Shown here: positions 8,168 through 15,992 of the stretch, one piece after another
How positions within the stretch are numbered: position 1 is the first letter of the stretch
Layout: the number at the start of each line of letters is the position of its first letter
IMG/VR virus record: IMGVR_UViG_3300033489_000054
Span: 1 to 24,409 of that record
Strand: one strand, 5' to 3'
DNA length: 24,409 bases
Origin: a virus
Lineage: Duplodnaviria > Caudoviricetes
Notes under the pieces: generated by a model
The model's database searches: none
The model's input: only the letters and a program-made list of their open reading frames with translations
Told to the model about the DNA's origin: nothing
Position numbers and translations under genes: made by a program

Positions 8168-8430
8168 TACATGCCACTCTTACCAGATGTTACGTGATTT
8201 GTCCTACTAAAATAACTCAATCCACCAGAACCACAATTTCTACAGGATGGTCCTGACCAATCCCAATCGGATAGAAAGTCCCTTCTGTTTACCCAAGTTC
8301 TACAATCAGGACATAAAACTTCAAGTTCTTTTGTTTGTGGGTTTTCACCACAAGGCATAGTACCCTCATAAAACTCTATTTTTCTACCGTACACACAAAT
8401 CTGAATTAAATCTCTACACCATTCTATCAC
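8167..8430 (-). CDS. zinc-ribbon protein
   Basis: CPDC...CRNCG. Confidence 0.6.
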   Translation of the reverse strand: MIEWCRDLIQICVYGRKIEFYEGTMPCGENPQTKELEVLCPDCRTWVNRRDFLSDWDWSGPSCRNCGSGGLSYFSRTNHVTSGKSGM

Positions 8431-8628
8431 TTAAACCTCCCAACAATCACAAGTTGATAGTAACATATGATCTATTGCTGATTGATGCCCATCGTTAAAA
8501 CCCTCAACGTAAAGTTTTGTACTAAACAAAATTAGGAGTTGTTCAAAATCATTGAACCCTACTATTTCATTAGTAAGACCATACTTTGCACCAAGTTCGA
8601 GAATATATTCTGGTTTTATCTTAATCAT
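8431..8628 (-). CDS. hypothetical protein
   Basis: 65 aa, SD AAGGTG. Confidence 0.6.
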   Translation of the reverse strand: MIKIKPEYILELGAKYGLTNEIVGFNDFEQLLILFSTKLYVEGFNDGHQSAIDHMLLSTCDCWEV

Positions 8629-8637
8629 TAAGCACCT

Positions 8638-8973
8638 TTAAATAAGATCGTTATTATTTAATTCTACTAAGGGAAGTTCGAGTTGTTTTTCAACTCCGGT
8701 TGACCACCCATAGTTTAAGATAAACATAGCTGCAACCTGTTCTGCTGCTCGTTTAGTTAATTTAACTTTGTATCTAATACGTTGAACTAACCACTCTTTA
8801 AACTTCTTTTCATCTTCTTCTGTCCATTGTTCAGATGTAAACCAATTAGGTAGTTTAGTTAGATCGTTAATATCCCCTTCTTTTAAACCAACCCTACGAA
8901 ACATCTCGGGTAAAAACTCTGAAAAAACTAGGTTCTCTATTTTTGAATCTATAAAATTATAAACATGGCCCAT
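8638..8973 (-). CDS. hypothetical protein
   Basis: 111 aa, SD GAGGT. Confidence 0.65.
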   Translation of the reverse strand: MGHVYNFIDSKIENLVFSEFLPEMFRRVGLKEGDINDLTKLPNWFTSEQWTEEDEKKFKEWLVQRIRYKVKLTKRAAEQVAAMFILNYGWSTGVEKQLELPLVELNNNDLI

Positions 8974-9007
8974 TTTAATACCTCACAATATATCTATCTT
9001 ATAATAC

Positions 9008-9394
9008 TTAACTCCTGTTAAGACGCTCTACTTTGTAGAACGGAAACTCTGAATCTGAGTGAATTATTCTTTTAATTTGCAACTCCTCCAAAAGTCTTCT
9101 GCAATTTTCACACGGTCTTGAGTTAGCTGGTAATCCTTTTTTGGTCTCTCTCCATATAAATAAGTCTGCCCCTCGGATAGATTCTCGGTGCACTTGCATA
9201 GCTGCGTGTCTTTCTGCATGGAGACTTTCTGGATAGCTCGTATATGTGCTCCCAATTCTAGCTGCGCGTATCTGATTGAAGCCTCTGCTAATGACAGTTG
9301 ATCCCTGACAAATAACAACCCCGATTCTATGGTGGTGGGAACTGCGTTTACTCTCTCTTCTTGCATATCTTAGCATCCTCCATACGCGAGTCAC
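9008..9394 (-). CDS. cytidine/dCMP deaminase-family protein
   Basis: HAE and PCxxC (RPCENC) zinc motifs; N-terminal HRIGVVI...GFN. Confidence 0.85.
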   Translation of the reverse strand: MTRVWRMLRYARRESKRSSHHHRIGVVICQGSTVISRGFNQIRAARIGSTYTSYPESLHAERHAAMQVHRESIRGADLFIWRETKKGLPANSRPCENCRRLLEELQIKRIIHSDSEFPFYKVERLNRS

Positions 9395-9900
9395 AAATTT
9401 GACCAGATTATTCTTCTTTTAATGGCTGATATAGTTGTTTGTGCTATGTTGTATTCTTTTGCTATTTGTTTTTGTATAACCCCCCTTTGTACTTTATTTC
9501 GAATATTTATAATATCTTCTCTATTTAATTTTGCTGCCGGATTATTCTCTTCTTTCATACCATATCTTAATCCTATTTCAAAAGCATGATAATGATTTCT
9601 ACTTGCTGTTACAAACTCTAAATTAGATAAACAATTATTACTCTTGTTTCCATCAATATGGTTTACTTGCAAAGTTAAATCTTGTGGGTTTAAATATGTT
9701 TCGGCAACAAGTCTATGAACTAATTTACAAAAACGTCTATTCTTTTGTTTATCATACAAACTAACATAATTATACCCCGATTTTGAATGTGTTTGTATTT
9801 TAAACCATTTATTCCAATAGTGAGACCAAACATCACCAGTAGTTGTTACTGAATACTGTTCCTCATATCCTTTTACTGGTTTTAGATTATTCTTAGACAT
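9391..9900 (-). CDS. NUMOD4-HNH homing endonuclease with HTH
   Basis: KPVKGYE..YSV...G.V.S (NUMOD4); VHRLVA...VNHIDGNKSNN..SNLE; C-terminal HTH. Confidence 0.9.
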   Translation of the reverse strand: MSKNNLKPVKGYEEQYSVTTTGDVWSHYWNKWFKIQTHSKSGYNYVSLYDKQKNRRFCKLVHRLVAETYLNPQDLTLQVNHIDGNKSNNCLSNLEFVTASRNHYHAFEIGLRYGMKEENNPAAKLNREDIINIRNKVQRGVIQKQIAKEYNIAQTTISAIKRRIIWSNL

Positions 9901-9937
9901 AATCCCCTAATGTTGCTAATAGTATAGTGGATAGATT

Positions 9938-9960
9938 GGGTGGGGTGTTTAGCCCCACCC
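9938..9960 (-). terminator. GC-rich hairpin downstream of the putative SSB gene
   Basis: GGGTGGGG-7 nt-CCCCACCC; no clean U-tract on the - strand, so it may be a stabilising or processing stem. Confidence 0.45.
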
Positions 9961-9973
9961 TACTACTCTTTAA

Positions 9974-10603
9974 TTATTCGCCAAACTCCCCACCACAATC
10001 AGGCTCTACTGCAACTTCTTTAGCTTTAGGTCCACGTTTAGGTTTGTCGGGTACAAATGGTACATCTTCTTCTAAGAGATATTCTGTCATATCTTCACCA
10101 GAGGTGAACTTAGCAAACTGAATAGCAACAGATAAAATAGATTTAATCATACCTTCTGAAATTCCATTAACATCTTTTGCTATAACAAGATTGGTTGCGT
10201 TGGTAAGAGCATTCTGCCTAATGATAGCTGCTTGTTTGTCGGGGTCTTCCTTATACCCACCGTAAGATTTAGTGGGAGTAGAAGCGATAGTTGTTGCTAT
10301 TTCTTGTAATTTATCTGGAGTAAGCTTTTCTGTTACTTCTTCTGATTTCTCTTTAGATATAAGAACTATTGCATCATCATCTTTAGCTAGGTTAAAGAAG
10401 TCTCCGTTCTTAACAATCTTAAGTTCAACTATATTTCCAACAGCACATTCTTGTAGAACTTTAAACTGTTTACTGTTCTCGAAAACAAAATCCCTACGCT
10501 TTGCTTCACTCTCTACAGCAACGGTATGTAGAAAAGCACCGTTATATTTACCAGCCATTTTCTGATTGTATTCGATCTGCTTAATCGCGTACTGTTTAGC
10601 CAT
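9974..10603 (-). CDS. putative single-stranded DNA-binding protein
   Basis: Beta-rich N-terminus (OB-like), AIIRQNAL helix, acidic tail with EEDVPF; own strong promoter; lies in the replication module. Confidence 0.5.
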   Translation of the reverse strand: MAKQYAIKQIEYNQKMAGKYNGAFLHTVAVESEAKRRDFVFENSKQFKVLQECAVGNIVELKIVKNGDFFNLAKDDDAIVLISKEKSEEVTEKLTPDKLQEIATTIASTPTKSYGGYKEDPDKQAAIIRQNALTNATNLVIAKDVNGISEGMIKSILSVAIQFAKFTSGEDMTEYLLEEDVPFVPDKPKRGPKAKEVAVEPDCGGEFGE

Positions 10604-10617
10604 GTAATAATCTCCCT

Positions 10618-10688
10618 AAACAACTTGTTAGTTTCACTAACTTTGGTTAGCTTTGCTAACTTCGTTGTTTCGAATCGCCTTTCGGCTC
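10618..10688 (-). promoter_or_regulatory. structured 5' leader of the putative SSB mRNA
   Basis: GCC-GAAA-GGC hairpin, then AAACAAC/GTTGTTT stem enclosing two GTTAG...CTAAC hairpins, abutting SD AGGGAG. Confidence 0.55.
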
Positions 10689-10714
10689 ATTTAAGTTATT
10701 TTAAATTATAAGAC

Positions 10715-10743
10715 ATTATACACTATTTTTACAATTAAGTCAA
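10715..10743 (-). promoter_or_regulatory. sigma70-type promoter
   Basis: TTGACT-17 nt-TATAAT on the - strand, in the intergenic gap upstream of ORF 10603. Confidence 0.85.
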
Positions 10744-10751
10744 GCTATATT

Positions 10752-10922
10752 TTATACTAACTCCGAAAGAGAATCCCTTGCAGATTGTAAATCCTCCCGT
10801 GCTCTTATACAACACTCCTGCAACTCGCTCATTTCTGCAATAACTTCATCAAGCTTATCTCGTTCTTTACTAAGTGCAACTTGTCGTGCTTCAATTTGTT
10901 TTATCCATGATTTTATTTTCAC
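10752..10922 (-). CDS. small coiled-coil protein (56 aa)
   Basis: MKIKSWIKQIEARQVALSKERDKLDEVIAEMSELQE...; GTGA overlap. Confidence 0.6.
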   Translation of the reverse strand: MKIKSWIKQIEARQVALSKERDKLDEVIAEMSELQECCIRAREDLQSARDSLSELV

Positions 10923-11029
10923 TCTTCTTTCTTCTTTAGTGGTAGAGGATTAGTAAAACATTGAGCACACAATCCTTCTTCACCAATAAAATATATAAAA
11001 TCTTCTGCTCCACAACGGTCACATTTCAT
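10919..11029 (-). CDS. micro zinc-ribbon protein (36 aa)
   Basis: MKCDRCG...LCAQC; ATGA overlap with the polymerase stop. Confidence 0.55.
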   Translation of the reverse strand: MKCDRCGAEDFIYFIGEEGLCAQCFTNPLPLKKKEE

Positions 11030-11757
11030 ATCTTTAATTTCTCCATTTTATCCCACGTTAATCCTGCTTTAGCTTCCCCATTCATCGGAGTGATCCAGTT
11101 GTATCCCCAATAGTTTTGCACGAGTGCGGGGATTTCTCTAAACACACCTATACAAATTGTAGCAACCTCCTCTATTAGTCTTTCAGGCATATCTAAGATA
11201 ATACTATCGTGAACTTGATTTATAAACTTTACACTGGGAGTCTCAAAGTAACCTTGTGCTCTTAATCTCCTAAAGATTACTACCATACAAAGAGGCATTA
11301 TATCGGCAGTAGCAGTACCTTGTACCATATAGTTACTTACCTGTGGTCTGGAGTATCCCCAAGCACCTTCTTTATCTACATATTTATTAAAAACATATTC
11401 TCTTCCTGTGAAAGATTTAAGTAGACCTGTAGAACAAACCTCTCTATAGTTTGCGTTCTGCCATTTACCTAAACCTTGGTACTTATCATAGAACTCCTCC
11501 TCAATTGCTAACCATCGTTTTAATCCTAATCTTGGCATACGATAGTCTAAATGAAAACCGTAAGCACTTCCAGAATAGAGGAATCTGAAGGAAATAATTT
11601 TTGCTTCTTGTCTAAACTTAGCATCACCAAACAGATTGATAGCATTGTTGGTGTGCATATCAATCCCGTCTACAATTTCTTGAATCATAATAAGATCACG
11701 AGATAATTCAGCCCCTACGCGCCACTCTAAAGCACTCAAATCACAGTCTAGTAATAT
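11026..11757 (-). CDS. DNA polymerase family A, C-terminal (palm/fingers) subunit
   Basis: Motif A LLDCDLSALEWR, motif B RQEAKIISFRFLY, NYMVQGTA, motif C QVHDS. Start extended from TTG 11739 to ATA 11757 so the motif A Asp is included. Confidence 0.92.
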   Translation of the reverse strand: MLLDCDLSALEWRVGAELSRDLIMIQEIVDGIDMHTNNAINLFGDAKFRQEAKIISFRFLYSGSAYGFHLDYRMPRLGLKRWLAIEEEFYDKYQGLGKWQNANYREVCSTGLLKSFTGREYVFNKYVDKEGAWGYSRPQVSNYMVQGTATADIMPLCMVVIFRRLRAQGYFETPSVKFINQVHDSIILDMPERLIEEVATICIGVFREIPALVQNYWGYNWITPMNGEAKAGLTWDKMEKLKI

Positions 11758-11778
11758 TAGTTATACCTCCTTTCTGAG

Positions 11779-11883
11779 TTATATTAAGTTCCCTGTACAT
11801 ACAGCATAAACTATTACAACAATAAACCATATTACGAAACCACCACAGATTGCTATACCTGCTGCTAAAGCCCACTCTTTCAT
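11779..11883 (-). CDS. micro membrane protein (34 aa)
   Basis: MKEWALAAGIAICGGFVIWFIVVIVYAVCTGNLI; SD GAGGA, ATGA overlap. Confidence 0.55.
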   Translation of the reverse strand: MKEWALAAGIAICGGFVIWFIVVIVYAVCTGNLI

Positions 11884-12023
11884 CTGTCGTCCTCATCTTC
11901 GTTATAAACTAAATATTTATCCTCACCTATAATAGCGAACCAATCATCTAAACATTCTCTACACCAATCTTGAAACGAATCGTAGTGTAAACATTTACTA
12001 TCACTTTCATAAAAAGTACACAT
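11880..12023 (-). CDS. small acidic Cys-containing protein (47 aa)
   Basis: SD TAAGGAG; MCTFYESDSKC...WCREC... Confidence 0.55.
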   Translation of the reverse strand: MCTFYESDSKCLHYDSFQDWCRECLDDWFAIIGEDKYLVYNEDEDDR

Positions 12024-12075
12024 AGGCAATCTCCTTATAGTCAATTTCAGATTTAACTACGTTAAAAGTAACCTC

Positions 12076-12333
12076 CTAGAAAAACATCGAGTCTTTCCAC
12101 TCTTCTAATTTACCACATGAATCATATTCTTTTTTCATTATTGAGTAGTTTTTAAATATCTCTACTGCCTCTTCTTTATAAACTAAAATCATATCTTCTG
12201 GAATACTACATACACTATGTATAATTACAAGAGGTGCTTTACATAATACTACTGATTTTTGTGGCACATCCTCTGCCCTAGTTATATAGACACTTAACAA
12301 AATTATGCAGACAATCAAAAAGAATCTTAGCAT
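12076..12333 (-). CDS. exported or membrane-anchored hypothetical protein
   Basis: MLRFFLIVCIILLSVYITRAE signal-like N-terminus; SD GGAGGT. Confidence 0.6.
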   Translation of the reverse strand: MLRFFLIVCIILLSVYITRAEDVPQKSVVLCKAPLVIIHSVCSIPEDMILVYKEEAVEIFKNYSIMKKEYDSCGKLEEWKDSMFF

Positions 12334-12337
12334 TAAT

Positions 12338-12895
12338 TTAACCTCCAAATACTATATCGCTTATTGGTACTGGGTAATAATCTGTAAGTTCTACAGATAC
12401 ACAGTACGTATTCTTGTTAAGGTGCTTACCTAGTGAATGAGTATGACCGTGAATAAAGAACTTCTCCGGTTCCCGACCAGCAACAGCAGGATCATGAACA
12501 AGAGTAACCCTATCACTATAAAATTCAAACTCTAAAGGAATAAGCAAAGAAGTATGAACAGATAAGAAACCAGCCTCAAGATAATCAAATGGTTTAAGAT
12601 GATCGTGATTACCTAGAATCAAATGATGAGTGCCATTAAGACCTTCAACAATATTAGAAAGCTGCTGCCAAGACTTAGCCCCCGGTCCATAAGCAAAATC
12701 TCCAAGATGATAAGTAACATCGTCAGGAGATACGACTTCATTAAACCTTTTCTTTAATACTTTGTGCATCTCATCTGTAGTTCTAAACCTACGCATAGCA
12801 GGTGCTTCGATAGGCGTACCATCATGTACGCCATAAGACCTGTGCATAAGCATGTTATGATGATAGTAATGGCAGTCTGCGGTGAACCAGATCAT
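12338..12895 (-). CDS. calcineurin-like metallophosphoesterase
   Basis: WFTADCH, YHLGDF, LGNHD, VHDP, HGHTH. Confidence 0.9.
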   Translation of the reverse strand: MIWFTADCHYYHHNMLMHRSYGVHDGTPIEAPAMRRFRTTDEMHKVLKKRFNEVVSPDDVTYHLGDFAYGPGAKSWQQLSNIVEGLNGTHHLILGNHDHLKPFDYLEAGFLSVHTSLLIPLEFEFYSDRVTLVHDPAVAGREPEKFFIHGHTHSLGKHLNKNTYCVSVELTDYYPVPISDIVFGG

Positions 12896-13128
12896 AGCAT
12901 ATTTCCTAACTTAGTTGTTTTAATAAGTCTACGTACTTTCCATTCTAAATCCAGCGCAAAGTGCTGCTTATTTCCGTAATCGAAGCTATTAAACCCTACA
13001 GAGGTATCACACATGTGCCACGAACTTTGATTCCTAACATTCCACTCATCCCCGTCCTGTATAACATCATCATCTTTCAAATAATAAAAGCTAGCTTTGC
13101 TAACCCTGTCTTGCTCTGCAAGATTCAT
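12892..13128 (-). CDS. small protein, DDD-GD family, TKLGN tail
   Basis: YYLKDDDVIQDGDEW...WKVRR..KTTKLGNML; start re-placed at ATG 13128 (SD AAGGAG). Confidence 0.7.
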   Translation of the reverse strand: MNLAEQDRVSKASFYYLKDDDVIQDGDEWNVRNQSSWHMCDTSVGFNSFDYGNKQHFALDLEWKVRRLIKTTKLGNML

Positions 13129-13130
13129 AG

Positions 13131-13568
13131 TTACTCCTTGATAGTAAATGATATATGAATAGGTTTTAAACAAGTCCTACTACAGCGATCCCCTACTGCT
13201 TTAGCCTCTTCGCTGGTATAATGGATATCACAACCTATAAAATAACCGCCGCGAGTATCTGCGAACACATTAACCCAACCCTCAACTTGTTTAGTTGTTC
13301 CCATCACATCTCGAAATGCTGCATCAATACCTGCCATGCTAGGTTTCAAAATAACTTGTTCTACTTCCAAATTTAGCTTCTGGCTGGTCTTTTTAGGTTT
13401 AGGGGTATCCTTACCTATCTTTCTTCCCCACTCGGCTTCATGCGCTCGTACAGCCTCCATTTCTTTTTTAGTCCTACGCACCCTTTTAACTTTAGGCGGG
13501 TATGCTGGGTCAAGGTCTGTGAAGATTAGTTTTCCTTTTATTTGTCTTTTAATCGAGTGTGTTTCCAA
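13131..13568 (-). CDS. hypothetical protein
   Basis: TTG start after SD AAGGAG; basic RVRRTKKEMEA segment and a EGWVNVF module. Confidence 0.7.
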   Translation of the reverse strand: METHSIKRQIKGKLIFTDLDPAYPPKVKRVRRTKKEMEAVRAHEAEWGRKIGKDTPKPKKTSQKLNLEVEQVILKPSMAGIDAAFRDVMGTTKQVEGWVNVFADTRGGYFIGCDIHYTSEEAKAVGDRCSRTCLKPIHISFTIKE

Positions 13569-13776
13569 GGGGGGTTCTCCTTTGTTTTTTAGATATTCCC
13601 AAAAGTCCGTTTAGATAGCTTTCAATATCTGCATAATTAATATTAAAAGATAGTGGGGGAGAAGCTGGTGTTGCTGTATACATAGTTTGATACCAATCTG
13701 AGGTGGTGTAGTGTGGTGCGGGTTGTATAAAATCTCTCCAGCTAAAGATGGGGTCTGAGGGAGACGCATTTGGCAT
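13549..13776 (-). CDS. hypothetical protein with TPLGNTLD tail
   Basis: ATG 13776 after SD AAAGGAG. Confidence 0.55.
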   Translation of the reverse strand: MPNASPSDPIFSWRDFIQPAPHYTTSDWYQTMYTATPASPPLSFNINYADIESYLNGLLGISKKQRRTPLGNTLD

Positions 13777-13785
13777 TTCTTTTCT

Positions 13786-13975
13786 CCTTTCATTTTTTCG
13801 CATCTGAAAAATGCTCATACAGAGGGCAGCATGAGTGATACTCAATCACGAGTGAAAGGTTATTCTGAAAGAATAACTATCGTTAAAGCTGCCCGATAAG
13901 CTTAATATTAGGGGTTGGTTCTAAAAACCAACCCATATATTAATTAAGTATTAATGGGTCGGCTTGTTCCGACCC
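13786..13975 (-). other. structured non-coding region (multiple inverted repeats)
   Basis: Five perfect stems within ~150 nt; see findings. Confidence 0.6.
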
Positions 13976-14028
13976 TATAATATATAACATAATAACATAT
14001 TTTTAGATTAATTACCAGCTTTATAATA

Positions 14029-14601
14029 TTATAATTTATTAATCTCCCATTTAGACAGGGATTCGAAAGTCTTCTTGAAATATTGTTTAGCTGCTGTGTG
14101 GTATATAATAATTCCTTCAGGGTTCATAAAACCTGGGGATGCTACTGAACCAAGTTCTTTTAACATATTAAAAACTAAGTCTATCTTTTCTGTAGAAAAA
14201 TCTCCTTTGTATAATTGAGGTACTGCATGACAACACGGGGGTCGTAATCCTCCTCCATCATTCCAACGAGCGACATTAAACAGAGAGAATCTTTTATGAT
14301 CTAATCCATACTTCCTGCCGATCTTAGAACCCCACCATTCCCCAAAGTGAGAACCGGGTCCAAGTTCAAGCAATCCTTCTACATTTGAGTAAGCCCAAGC
14401 TGCAAATCCAGCATTATCATTTTCTGGAAATATCCATCTGGTTCTACTACCACATAGAAAAGGAACAACCCTGCCTGACTTAAGAGTAATTGGGCTACAA
14501 TTCTCTGCTATATAAATCTGAGCATTCGTCCCATCAATCTTTTCAGTGATGATACATTCTTTAGATAATCTAGGTATTTTACCAAAACCAATAAATTCCA
14601 T
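14029..14601 (-). CDS. RNA ligase (adenylyltransferase domain only)
   Basis: TEKIDGTN (motif I), GSR, FGEW, FSLFN, PEGIII, FKK. Confidence 0.85.
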   Translation of the reverse strand: MEFIGFGKIPRLSKECIITEKIDGTNAQIYIAENCSPITLKSGRVVPFLCGSRTRWIFPENDNAGFAAWAYSNVEGLLELGPGSHFGEWWGSKIGRKYGLDHKRFSLFNVARWNDGGGLRPPCCHAVPQLYKGDFSTEKIDLVFNMLKELGSVASPGFMNPEGIIIYHTAAKQYFKKTFESLSKWEINKL

Positions 14602-14742
14602 TTATTTTTTCTCCTTGTTTAATCTTATTCTAGGACGCAAACCAAAAGCCAATGAACCACAGAAAGGGCATCTCGTTGTTGACGCAGTGCAATCTATAGT
14701 ATATTCTACTCTACCACAAACCCCACAAGTATGACTAAACAT
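14602..14742 (-). CDS. small zinc-ribbon protein (46 aa)
   Basis: SD GAGGAG; MFSHTCGVCG...RCPFCGS... Confidence 0.6.
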   Translation of the reverse strand: MFSHTCGVCGRVEYTIDCTASTTRCPFCGSLAFGLRPRIRLNKEKK

Positions 14743-14784
14743 ATTTAGGTTTCTCCTCACATCTTCGATGTGTCTAGCAAGTTT

Positions 14785-15981
14785 CTACTTGCTCGTTATA
14801 AACACACTTTTAACTCCAGTATCACTATCCCTTGGTATCTGGTGCAATCTACTACAAGTTAATCTACCTGTTACTGTTGCTGTCTGGTTATACTGTGGGT
14901 GAAAGACCCCTTCTATAGACTCTTCTATGAAAGGTTTGAAGTATGTTCCACTTAACTTCTCCATAGAAGATATTTCACTAAGCAATTCTAGGAATCTTTT
15001 CTGTGCTTTACCTTTAGGTACTAGCTGTTCCATCTGCGCCTTATCTGTTTGATAGAATCCCGCTTTCTTTGTCTCTGTTTTCTTACCCGGCTTAAATCCT
15101 AAACCTTTTGTCTCTATCTTTAACTTAGCATTACGTTCACCATACTTAATTGTACCATCCTTTAAGACTCTCTCTGTAGTTTCCTTTCCATCATAGATCA
15201 GATCACCACCAAACAGTATAGTGGATAGATGATCCCCACTTGTCCATTTAATAGGAATATTATACAACTCTGGTAACACATCCTCTATAAACATTGTCAA
15301 CTCTACTTCAAGTTCTTTCTTCTTCTCTAAGCATTCATCTAATCTTGTCTTACAAAGATCAACATCTACCTTCATTCCGTTCCATTCCATCTCTTCTATA
15401 ACAGATACTAATTCAGATTGCAGTCTTACTAACTTCTGCATCCCTTTAGCTTCAATACGTGGCTGTTGCAACTCGTATAGCTCCATAGTATTTATTATAT
15501 CTCTCTTCATGTATGGCATAAGGATTGGCAAAGGAATCTCATCTGTCTCATAGCCAGCTAACCAATAAGGCTTAACTTTATCATCTTTAGGTACAGCAAG
15601 ATATTGTTCTGACAAATCTTCAAGAGACAAGTCACCATACTTCTTAGTCTGACCTGAAAGAAGATACTCTGCTATCATAGTATCATATATCTTAATATTA
15701 GGTTTGAGTATAATGCCACAGTGTCTTAACCAATGTAAGTCAAAGCATATATTGTGTCCTATAATCTCATCAGCCCAATCAAATAAAGATTGTACTTCTT
15801 TTTTATCAAAAGTAGATTCAGAATCATTATGGTTTATAATCCATTCATGATAAGAGCCGTAAGTATCTTCTGGAGTTTCATCTTGAAGATATATACCTAA
15901 TGATACAGCAAAGGAACCTTTAATCCAAGGTAAGTGTCTAGGTTTCTTACTCGTCTCATAATCAAAGCAAAGTGTATTCAT
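14785..15981 (-). CDS. DNA polymerase family A, N-terminal (3'-5' exonuclease + thumb) subunit
   Basis: ExoI FDYET, ExoII GHNICFD, DTM, ExoIII YMKRD, EWNG..VD, NQTATVTGRLTCS.LHQIPR; stops just before motif A. Confidence 0.92.
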   Translation of the reverse strand: MNTLCFDYETSKKPRHLPWIKGSFAVSLGIYLQDETPEDTYGSYHEWIINHNDSESTFDKKEVQSLFDWADEIIGHNICFDLHWLRHCGIILKPNIKIYDTMIAEYLLSGQTKKYGDLSLEDLSEQYLAVPKDDKVKPYWLAGYETDEIPLPILMPYMKRDIINTMELYELQQPRIEAKGMQKLVRLQSELVSVIEEMEWNGMKVDVDLCKTRLDECLEKKKELEVELTMFIEDVLPELYNIPIKWTSGDHLSTILFGGDLIYDGKETTERVLKDGTIKYGERNAKLKIETKGLGFKPGKKTETKKAGFYQTDKAQMEQLVPKGKAQKRFLELLSEISSMEKLSGTYFKPFIEESIEGVFHPQYNQTATVTGRLTCSRLHQIPRDSDTGVKSVFITSK

Positions 15982-15992
15982 ATAGTATTACC

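Noticed and set aside
9064-9366. Alternative-frame ORF inside the deaminase
   Set aside because: Fully nested, no motif; the deaminase frame carries the catalytic residues.
12071-12077. Perfect SD AGGAGGT after ORF 12076
   Set aside because: No plausible start codon or frame at proper spacing; the next gene has its own SD.
13870-13899. Sigma-28 promoter-like CCCGATAA on the + strand
   Set aside because: No TAAA at the correct spacing; it overlaps a stem and points antisense.
13786-13975. tRNA gene
   Set aside because: No T-loop GTTCRA, D-loop or cloverleaf spacing; the same applies to 10618-10688.
11758-14784. Group I/II intron or split intein joining the polymerase halves
   Set aside because: No intein C1/HN-C motifs at the ends, no recognisable intron core, the gap is full of ordinary genes, and the C-half has its own SD.
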